The notes under the pieces were generated by a model, which had not been told where the DNA came from, did not search any database, and saw nothing but the letters and a program-made list of their open reading frames with translations. From Candidatus Dormiibacterota bacterium (GTDB lineage Bacteria > Chloroflexota > Dormibacteria > DASZGP01), in NCBI GenBank assembly GCA_049644325.1, contig JBARRR010000103.1, forward strand, positions 1-62,625: DNA of 62,625 nt, given 5' to 3'. The position numbers were made by a program, and so were the translations under genes. Positions 18,502 to 25,663 of this stretch are shown here, piece by piece (position 1 is the stretch's first letter; each line of letters opens with the position of its first letter).

Positions 18502-20472
18502 GTGGCGCGCGTGGCCAGGAAGCCCAACAAGCGGACCACCCTGGCGGCGTCGCGGGCGACCCACCCCTACGTCCCCCGCGGGGGCAAGACCGCGGCCCAC
18601 GACCTCCGCGTCGACGGCTACCTCCACATCGGCGACTACGGCACCATCGGCGACTGCCGCTCGCTGGCGCTGGTTGGTGTCGACGGCAGCATTGACTGGT
18701 GCTGCCTCCCGCGATTCGACAGCCCCAGCGTCTTCGGCCGCATCCTCGACGCCAGGAAGGGCGGGTTCTGGCAGGTAGCGCCGGTGGGCGAGTACGCCAC
18801 TCGCCAGGAGTACATCGACAAGAGCAACATCCTGCGCACCATCTTCCAGACACCCGAGGGCCTGGCCCTGTTGGTCGACTACATGCCAGCCGACGAGCAC
18901 GACATCATGCGCCACGCGCGACCCCATCGTCACCCCCGGATCGTGCGCATGATCACCGGGCTCAGCGGGCGCGTCCGGATGCGGCAGAAGATCGACCTCC
19001 GCCCCGACTATGCGCGCAAGCCCAACCCGCTCAAAGTCGAGGGCGACCTCTACCACGGCGACAGCGAGAACCTTCACTTCTGCTTCAGCGGCACCGTTCC
19101 AGTCACCGGGCCCGCGCAGGACTTCACCCTCCACCCCGGCCAGACGATCGCCTTCGCAATGTCGTGCAACCACGCCGGCCAATGCGGCCGGCCGATGAAC
19201 GACATCGAATCGTCCCGTGCCCTGTTCAAGGAAACGCAGCAGTTCTGGTGGCACTGGATCGACCAGTGCACCTACACCGGGCCCTACCAGACCATCGTCT
19301 GGAGGTCGGCGCTGGCGCTCAAGCTGCTGACCTACGCCCCCACGGGTGCCATCGTCGCCGCCCCCACGACCAGCCTGCCGGAGTGGATCGGCGCCGAGCG
19401 CAATTGGGACTACCGCTTCACCTGGATCCGGGACGCCTCGTTCACCCTCTATGGCCTGTTCCAGCTCGGCTTCAAAAAGGAGGCGATCGACTTCATGGAG
19501 TGGGTCACCAAACTCACCATCAAGCGGGGGCTGAACATCATGTACACGCTCGACGGCAAACCGCCGGGCGAGGAGCTCGAGCTGCCCCACCTTGAGGGGT
19601 ACCGCAAGTCCAGGCCGGTGAGGACAGGCAACGGCGCCGCCACCCAGCTCCAGCTCGACATCTACGGCGAGCTGATGGACACCGTCTTCATCTACGTCAT
19701 CAACGGCGGCCAGGTCTCGGAGCGGCTGTGGCGCGAGCTCCAGCAGGTGGTTGAGTTCGCCATCGAGCGCTGGACCGAGCCCGACGCCGGGCTCTGGGAG
19801 GTGCGCGGGCAGAACGTCCACTTCACCTACAGCAAGGCGATGTGCTGGGCGGCGGTCGATCGCGGTATCCGGCTCGCGGAGATGACGAAGCTGCCGGCCG
19901 ACCTTCTCCGCTGGCGGAAGGCGCGCGCCCAAATCCACAGGGCGGTCATGGCCCAGGGGTTTTCAAAACGGCTGCAAGCGTTCACGCAGGCTTTTGGCTC
20001 CGACGACCTCGACGCCTCGGTGCTGCGCCTGGTGCAGCTTGGCTTCCTGCGCAACGGCGACCCGCGCTTGCGCAACACGATCGACGTGGTCGATGCCGGG
20101 CTGAGCATTGGCCCGCTGATGTTCCGCTACAGAGCCGAGGACACCGACGACGGCTTCAACAGTCCCGAGGGGTCGTTCATCATCTGCGCCTTCTGGATCG
20201 CTGATGCGCTGGCCATCGTCGGCGACCTCGAGGAGGCGGAGCGCCGCTTCACCCGGCTGCTCGCCTTCGCGTCGGCCACCGGGCTGTTCTCCGAAGAGGT
20301 CGACCCCGGCAGCGGCGCCCTGCTGGGGAACTACCCCCAGGCCTTCAGTCACCTGGCCCTGATCTCGGCCGCCGTCAACATCGAGCGCCGACGGTCCGGG
20401 ACCCTGGTGCGCAATACCGGCGGGAAGAGCGCCCGGCGTCGGCGCCGTCAGCGCGGAGCCGCCAAGGACTGA
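18502..20472 (+). CDS. Glycoside hydrolase family 15 (glucoamylase/trehalase-like)
   Basis: Typical GH15 N-terminus GDYGTIGDCRSLALVGVDGSIDWCCLPRFDSPSVFGRILD. Catalytic-domain pattern WIRDASFTLY...QLDIYGE. Confidence 0.9.
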   Translation: MARVARKPNKRTTLAASRATHPYVPRGGKTAAHDLRVDGYLHIGDYGTIGDCRSLALVGVDGSIDWCCLPRFDSPSVFGRILDARKGGFWQVAPVGEYATRQEYIDKSNILRTIFQTPEGLALLVDYMPADEHDIMRHARPHRHPRIVRMITGLSGRVRMRQKIDLRPDYARKPNPLKVEGDLYHGDSENLHFCFSGTVPVTGPAQDFTLHPGQTIAFAMSCNHAGQCGRPMNDIESSRALFKETQQFWWHWIDQCTYTGPYQTIVWRSALALKLLTYAPTGAIVAAPTTSLPEWIGAERNWDYRFTWIRDASFTLYGLFQLGFKKEAIDFMEWVTKLTIKRGLNIMYTLDGKPPGEELELPHLEGYRKSRPVRTGNGAATQLQLDIYGELMDTVFIYVINGGQVSERLWRELQQVVEFAIERWTEPDAGLWEVRGQNVHFTYSKAMCWAAVDRGIRLAEMTKLPADLLRWRKARAQIHRAVMAQGFSKRLQAFTQAFGSDDLDASVLRLVQLGFLRNGDPRLRNTIDVVDAGLSIGPLMFRYRAEDTDDGFNSPEGSFIICAFWIADALAIVGDLEEAERRFTRLLAFASATGLFSEEVDPGSGALLGNYPQAFSHLALISAAVNIERRRSGTLVRNTGGKSARRRRRQRGAAKD

Positions 20473-20486
20473 CCCTGGGGCCGGAG

Positions 20487-21545
20487 CTACATCTCCAGCG
20501 GCGGGTAGTAGTTCTCAACGCCGGCCTTGCGGACGTCGCCCAGCCAATCGCCGTCGTACGCCTCGGTCGGACCCTGGTCGCGTCGCACCAGGCTCCAGGC
20601 CTGCCGCTTGTAGGTCCAGTTCTCGGGCTGGGCGCGGTGCGCCTCGCGGAAATGGGAAATGGCGTCTTCGGCAAAACCAGCACGCTGCAGGTGCTGGCCC
20701 ATTTCGAAGTGCGCTGCCGCCAGCGCCACCCCCGGCGGCCGCGGCCGTGAACGATCGATGACCTCGTCGGGCGTGAGCGCGAACCGGCTGCCGCTACCGC
20801 AGTCGACCCAGTCGCGTAGCGCGGCGACGTACCGATGTGGCTCGCTGTGAATCTTGCGTGACTCGACGACGACATCGCGCAGGTAGGGATCGATGCCCTC
20901 GGGCACGGGTGGCAGCTGGTCCACCGGGATGGCCGCGATCGACAGCTCCGGGAAAGCCGGCTCGGGCGGGCGCACGATCACGCCCTCCTCGTCAATCCAA
21001 ACACCGCTGGGGACGTTGACCACGCCCAGCAGCGTATCGAGTCGATGGGCCTGGTCGATGAGCGAGGGGTGCGTCTGGTTGGCGGCCTCGATGTACTTCT
21101 GAGTCTTCTCGAGCCCGAGGACGTCTAGGGCCACGGTGACGACCTCAAGCCCCTTGGGGTGGAGCTCCTCCCGCAAAGCCTGCCACCCGGGCAGGTCCCG
21201 CCGGCAGCCTCACCAGGATGCCCAGGCGAGGAGAAAGATCTTCTGACCCCTAAGGGTGCGGAAGTCGAAGTCGTCCCCCTGCCACGTGGGAAGCACAAGG
21301 TCGGGGAAGTCCGCGCTGGGCAGCACCCGGCCGGCGGTCTCGGGGCCCACAGCCCAGATCCCGTGCTTCTGCTGATAGACCAGCGGCATCCCCAGCCGCT
21401 CCGCCACCCAGGCCACGTCGACCTCGTCGCCCATGTCCCCGAGCGGAACGCAGACGTCGCCGCGGCAGGCCCCCTCGGGCTTGATCTCCCAGCCGGTCTC
21501 ACGTTGGAATGTCGCCCGGTCGGTGCGCAGCGCGCTGAGGATCAC
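20487..21545 (-). CDS. Thioredoxin-fold (TlpA/ResA-like) redoxin with an in-frame TGA at 21210-21212; probable selenocysteine, motif W-A-S-W-U-G-C
   Basis: Track ORFs 21210..21683(-) and 20487..21176(-) share one frame and are separated by a single TGA. Read-through gives LRGQKIFLLAWASW[TGA]GCRRDLPGWQALREELHPKGLEVVTVALD. I chose the GTG start at 21545 because it lies 8 nt after the AlkA stop. A GC hairpin sits directly after the TGA. Confidence 0.7.
21180..21212 (-). promoter_or_regulatory. UGA codon plus adjacent hairpin; candidate bacterial SECIS element
   Basis: mRNA reads UGA GG CUGCC GG CGGG ACCUG CCCG GGU GGCAG. The outer stem is 5 bp, the inner stem is 4 bp and the loop is 5 nt, starting 3 nt after UGA. 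GC-rich DNA forms such hairpins easily, so this is suggestive only. Confidence 0.45.
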
Positions 21546-21552
21546 GCCGTGG

Positions 21553-22317
21553 TCAGCGGTTTCGGGCGGACCGCGCGGCAGGCTTACGGCGAGCCTTCGT
21601 GCTCGGCTCGACGGCGCCCGCCCTTGCGGCGCGAGGCCTGCGCTCGGCCGGCGAATCGCCGCCGGGCAGCAGCATGTCGCCACGCATCAGGTGCACCGCC
21701 TGCCAGCAATACCAGGCAGCGATGCTGCGATAGGGCCGATAGATATCGCCCAGCGCCTGCAGCTCCTTCGGCTTGGGCATCTCCTGCAGGCTGTGGATCA
21801 GCCGATAGCCATTGCGAACGCCGAGGTCGTCGACGGGCCAGACGTCGAGACGCCGCAGCTCGAAGAGCAGGAACATTTGGGCGGTCCAGCGCCCGATGCC
21901 ACGAACACTGCTGAGACGCGCCACCAGCTCGTCGTCGGGCAGCATGTGGAGGTCGTGCAGCGGCACCGTGCCGTCAGTCGCTTTCTGGGCCAGGTCGCGA
22001 ACGGCGGCCAGCTTGGCGCCGCTGAGGCCCGCCGCCCGCAGCTTCTCAGGATCGGCCGCCAAGACTGCCTCCGGGGTGACCTTCCCGCCGAGCGCCTCAA
22101 CGAGCCGGCCGTGGATGGCGGCCGCCGCCCGGCCCGCCAGCTGTTGGTACATGATCGACCGCACCAGAGACCCGAAGTAGTCGCCAACCCCACCACGCAT
22201 CCGCACTGGACCGGCTTTGGCGATGAACGCCCGCAGTGCCGGGTCGCGCTTTGCCACCTCCTTGGCCGCGGCAACCTGCTCCGCAGTCGGCTCGGTCGGA
22301 TCGGGCACGGTTGCCAT
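21553..22317 (-). CDS. alkA: DNA-3-methyladenine glycosylase II / HhH-GPD family base-excision glycosylase
   Basis: HhH motif VRGIGRWTAQMFLLF and catalytic Asp region VWPVDDLGVRNG. Confidence 0.85.
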   Translation of the reverse strand: MATVPDPTEPTAEQVAAAKEVAKRDPALRAFIAKAGPVRMRGGVGDYFGSLVRSIMYQQLAGRAAAAIHGRLVEALGGKVTPEAVLAADPEKLRAAGLSGAKLAAVRDLAQKATDGTVPLHDLHMLPDDELVARLSSVRGIGRWTAQMFLLFELRRLDVWPVDDLGVRNGYRLIHSLQEMPKPKELQALGDIYRPYRSIAAWYCWQAVHLMRGDMLLPGGDSPAERRPRAARAGAVEPSTKARRKPAARSARNR

Positions 22318-22350
22318 CGCTAGACAGTACCTGCGGCCCGGCTTCGATTC

Positions 22351-23679
22351 CTACGCTTGGCTCACCTCGTACAGCCGCCACTGGCCGGGCACGCCTTTGA
22401 GTTCGTGCTCGCCCATGTCGACAAAATCGAGCGTGGAGCCGGCTACCAGGTCTTTGACCGTGCTGGAGACAAGCACCTGGCCGGGCCCCGCTGCCCCGGC
22501 GACACGGGCCGCTATGTGCACGGCGAGCCCACCGATGTCATCGCCTCTCAGCTCGCACTCCCCGGAATGGACGCCGGCACGGACCTCGAGGCCTATTGCT
22601 CGGGTCGCTTCCTGGATGGCCTGGGCACACTGGACGGCGCGGGCGGGCCCGTCGAACGTGGCCAGGACGCCGTCGCCGGTGTGCTTCAGGTGACGGCCCC
22701 GGAATCTTTCGATCTGGCGATTGGTCACGGTGTCGTGCTGGTCAAGCAGTGTTCGCCACGCGTCATCCCCAACCCGAGCGACGTGACCGGTCGAGCCGAC
22801 TATGTCGGTGAACATGACCGTTGAAAGCACTCGATCGGCCGGGCCCACGTGCCGCATGCCGGTGAGGAACTCCTCCACCTCCTCAACCACCGCGTCGGTG
22901 TCGCCGAACCATGGCCAGTGGTCGCCGCCGTCCAGTTCAACGTACTTGGCGCCCGGGATGTGCTCGGCGAGATAGCGTCCGTGGCCGACCTCCACCAGCG
23001 CGTCGTCTTTCCGGTGTATGACGAGGGTGGGAACTCGGATGGACGGGAGGACGGCGCGTATATCGATGGCCGAATTCGAGCGCATGTATATGTCCAGCTG
23101 AGCCGGACTGGCCGCCATCCGGTTGATCCGGGCAAACCACTGGCGAAACTCCTCGTCGCCGCTGCGGCTGGGCACCACCATGTCGTAGAACTCGCCGGTC
23201 GTCCCGGCCGCCTGCACGCCTGTGAAGAACATCTGGATCCCCTCTTCAGAGAATCCGTAGGGATAGTCAGGCGCGAGCTTGAGGCGCGCGAAGGAGGCGT
23301 AGGCGATCAGCCCGCTAACCCTGTCTGGATGAGTCGCGGCGAACAGCGCGGCGAGCGCTCCACCCTCGGAGTAGCCGAGTAGGGCCGCCCGGGTCGACCC
23401 GACGGCGTCCATCACGGCTCGGATGTCGTCCATGCGCTCGTCGACATGGGGCACGTGGGCCACCGGGTCCGAGAGGCCGGTCCCGCGTTTGTCGAAGATG
23501 ACGAGCCGGCTGAATTCCCCCAGTCGGCGTAGAAACGCCGCTGCCTGCGGCTCCTCCCATACCACCTCGACGTGCGACACCCACCCAGGCACGATTACGA
23601 GGTCGATCGGCCCCTCACCCACCACCTTGTAGGCAATGGAGACGTCCCCACTCTTCGCGTACCGTGTCTCCGGCTGCAT
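22351..23679 (-). CDS. Alpha/beta-hydrolase domain fused to a class III adenylate/guanylate cyclase domain
   Basis: N-terminal half is alpha/beta-hydrolase (LLGYSEGGALA nucleophile-elbow-like). C-terminal half is a cyclase: VMFTDIVGSTGHV...KHTGDGVLATFDGPARAV...AGVHSGECE...GLAVHIAARV. Confidence 0.88.
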   Translation of the reverse strand: MQPETRYAKSGDVSIAYKVVGEGPIDLVIVPGWVSHVEVVWEEPQAAAFLRRLGEFSRLVIFDKRGTGLSDPVAHVPHVDERMDDIRAVMDAVGSTRAALLGYSEGGALAALFAATHPDRVSGLIAYASFARLKLAPDYPYGFSEEGIQMFFTGVQAAGTTGEFYDMVVPSRSGDEEFRQWFARINRMAASPAQLDIYMRSNSAIDIRAVLPSIRVPTLVIHRKDDALVEVGHGRYLAEHIPGAKYVELDGGDHWPWFGDTDAVVEEVEEFLTGMRHVGPADRVLSTVMFTDIVGSTGHVARVGDDAWRTLLDQHDTVTNRQIERFRGRHLKHTGDGVLATFDGPARAVQCAQAIQEATRAIGLEVRAGVHSGECELRGDDIGGLAVHIAARVAGAAGPGQVLVSSTVKDLVAGSTLDFVDMGEHELKGVPGQWRLYEVSQA

Positions 23680-23720
23680 CCCTTTAACTGCAGCCTAACC
23701 CACCGCGCTAGGCTGAATCT

Positions 23721-23996
23721 GTGTCATCGATCACACAGTTGGATCGCTCCGAGGCTCCTGAGGCTGCGCTGCGCTCAAACGGCCTGTCCCCTTATCCGTG
23801 GTCCGCCGGTCCCGGTGCGGTCTTCTCGCCCCACAGCCACTCACAGACCAAACACCTCTACGTGCTGCGCGGCGGCATCGACTTCGACGGCATCGAGCTT
23901 GGCGCCGGCGACGGCATCCTGATCCCCGCGGGAACCGAGCACTCAGCGGTGGCTGGGCCCTCGGGTGTGACCTGCGTGGAGGCCTTCGAGGACTAG
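23721..23996 (+). CDS. Cupin domain protein
   Basis: Cupin motifs PHSHSQTKHLYVLRG and ILIPAGTEHS. 91 aa. Confidence 0.75.
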   Translation: MSSITQLDRSEAPEAALRSNGLSPYPWSAGPGAVFSPHSHSQTKHLYVLRGGIDFDGIELGAGDGILIPAGTEHSAVAGPSGVTCVEAFED

Positions 23997-25036
23997 TCGC
24001 CAGACGCGGATCGCCGCCGAGCTGCCGGCTCCAACCAGGGGTTGTAGTAGCCCGCGTCGGAGGCATTCAAGTTGGTCCCCGGCGTCACCAGCTCATCAAT
24101 GCGATCGAGCACGGCCTTGTCGAGCCTGATGTCGTCGGCGCCGAGGTTGCCCTCCAGCTGCTCCATCGTCCGGGGTCCGATGATTGCCGCCGTCACCGCC
24201 GGGTGTTCCAGGACCCAGGCCAGCGCCAGCTGCGTCATGGTGACGCCCGCCTCCTGCGCCAGCTGGTCGAGGTCCTCGACGAGGTCCAGCTTTCGCGCGT
24301 TGCCGGGCAGGCTGACGTCGAAGCGCTCGGGAATCCGGCGGATGGTCATGCGAGAGTCCTTGGGCGTGTCCTGGTCCTTCCGGTACTTGCCGGTCAGCCA
24401 GCCACCGTTGAGCGGGCTCCACGCCAACACCCCCATGTTGTAACGCTGGGCGCTGGGCAGCACCGCGGTCTCGACGCCGCGGGCGAAGATCGAGTACGGC
24501 GGCTGCTCGGTGACGAAGCGTCCGAGGTTGTTGGTGGCCGATGCCCAGTGCGCCTCGACGATCGCCTCGGCGGGGTAGGTGGAGCAGCCGAAGTAGCGGA
24601 TCTTGCCGGCGTGGACCAGGTCGGTCAGAGCCCCAAGCGTTTCTTCTATGTCGGTCTTGTGGTCGGGGCGGTGGAGCTGGTAGAGGTCAATCCAGTCCGT
24701 GTCGAGGCGGCGGAGGCTGTTGTCGACCTCCTGCATGATCCAGCGGCGCGAGTTGCCCCGCTGGTTGATGTCGTCGCCCATCCTGCCATGGACCTTGGAG
24801 GCGAGGACCACCGTGTCGCGCCGGCCTTTCAGCGCCTTGCCCACGATCTCCTCTGATTCGCCAGAGCTGTAGACGTCAGCGGTGTCGACGAAGTTGATGC
24901 CGGCGTCCAAGGCCCGGTGGATGATGGCGATCGAGTCGTCGTGGTCCTTGTTGCCCCACGCGCCGAACATCATCGTCCCGAGGCACAACGGGCTGACCTT
25001 TACGCCGGTCCCGCCAAGCCGCCGGTAGCGCGTCAT
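23993..25036 (-). CDS. Aldo/keto reductase
   Basis: Begins MTRYRRLGGTGVKVSPLCLGTMMFG, with ALDAGINFVDTADVYSSGESE. I trimmed the start to the ATG at 25036, which overlaps the upstream stop as ATGA. Confidence 0.9.
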   Translation of the reverse strand: MTRYRRLGGTGVKVSPLCLGTMMFGAWGNKDHDDSIAIIHRALDAGINFVDTADVYSSGESEEIVGKALKGRRDTVVLASKVHGRMGDDINQRGNSRRWIMQEVDNSLRRLDTDWIDLYQLHRPDHKTDIEETLGALTDLVHAGKIRYFGCSTYPAEAIVEAHWASATNNLGRFVTEQPPYSIFARGVETAVLPSAQRYNMGVLAWSPLNGGWLTGKYRKDQDTPKDSRMTIRRIPERFDVSLPGNARKLDLVEDLDQLAQEAGVTMTQLALAWVLEHPAVTAAIIGPRTMEQLEGNLGADDIRLDKAVLDRIDELVTPGTNLNASDAGYYNPWLEPAARRRSASGD

Positions 25037-25530
25037 CCCGCGGGCTCGAGCACCACCACCGGGATCTCGCGATCGGTGGCCCTCTGGTAGTCGTCGTACC
25101 CGGAGTAGACCCTGGTCATGATCTTCCAAAGCCGTCGCCTCTCCTCGCCGACGGCAGTGCGGGCGCGGAAGCGACCCTTGTGGCTTTTGACCTGCACCTC
25201 CACCTCGGGGTTCACGAGCATGTTCTTGTACCAGTGGGGATGATCGGCAACCCCACCCTTCGAGGCCACAACAACCAGGTTGTCGCCGTCGCGCTCGTAC
25301 GTCAGGGCCGTCGTCCGAGGTTGGCCGCTTTTGGCGCCGGTGACAGTCAGGATCAGGTGTTTCGCAGGACCAATGCGGTGCCCGATTAGACCACCGGTTA
25401 GTCGGTAGATCGGGATGTGCAGGGCCCGCTGGATCTTGAAGCCGGTGGGATTCAGGTAGAAAGCCGTCGCCCCCCTGGTGCCCGCAGTTGTCCCTTTGGT
25501 TCTCTTCTCGCCCTTGTCAGACTCTGGCAT
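25033..25530 (-). CDS. Deazaflavin (F420)-dependent nitroreductase family oxidoreductase (DDN-like)
   Basis: IYRLTGGLIGHRIG....LILTVTGAKSGQPRTTALTYERDGDNLVVVASKGGVADHPHWYKNM. I took the start at MPESDKG (25530). Confidence 0.85.
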   Translation of the reverse strand: MPESDKGEKRTKGTTAGTRGATAFYLNPTGFKIQRALHIPIYRLTGGLIGHRIGPAKHLILTVTGAKSGQPRTTALTYERDGDNLVVVASKGGVADHPHWYKNMLVNPEVEVQVKSHKGRFRARTAVGEERRRLWKIMTRVYSGYDDYQRATDREIPVVVLEPAG

Positions 25531-25663
25531 TGGACCTCCTCTCGGCCTCTGCCGTGACGTCCTCACGACCCACCTGGCAGCGCGGGCAATAGTAGGTCAC
25601 CCGGGCCAGCGTCCCCTGCCGCCGCGCTGTCACCGCCGCCCCGCAGCGCGGGCACGCGGTCAC
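25517..25663 (-). CDS. 48-aa C4 zinc-ribbon protein resembling the C-terminal zinc finger of Fpg/Nei glycosylases
   Basis: Below the track's length cut-off. My translation is VTACPRCGAAVTARRQGTLARVTYYCPRCQVGREDVTAEAERRSNARV. The GTG start overlaps the lhr TGA as GTGA, and the 3' end overlaps the DDN start by 14 nt. The pattern CPRCG-x16-YYCPRCQ matches the Fpg/Nei finger. Confidence 0.45.
   Translation of the reverse strand: MTACPRCGAAVTARRQGTLARVTYYCPRCQVGREDVTAEAERRSNARV

Noticed and set aside
17752-19938. 728-aa minus-strand ORF
   Set aside because: It is antisense to the macro-domain, phosphoesterase and GH15 genes, all of which have clear family motifs. Its translation is Arg/Gly/Pro/Ala/His/Val-rich with no motif, which marks it as a typical high-GC shadow ORF.
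21176-21212. Alternative reading of the TGA-split redoxin as a pseudogene or as two separate genes
   Set aside because: Not fully excluded, but disfavoured. The frame is preserved and the TGA falls exactly on the redox-Cys column. The downstream part alone would start with TTG in the middle of a thioredoxin fold, and the upstream part would end one residue before the active site.
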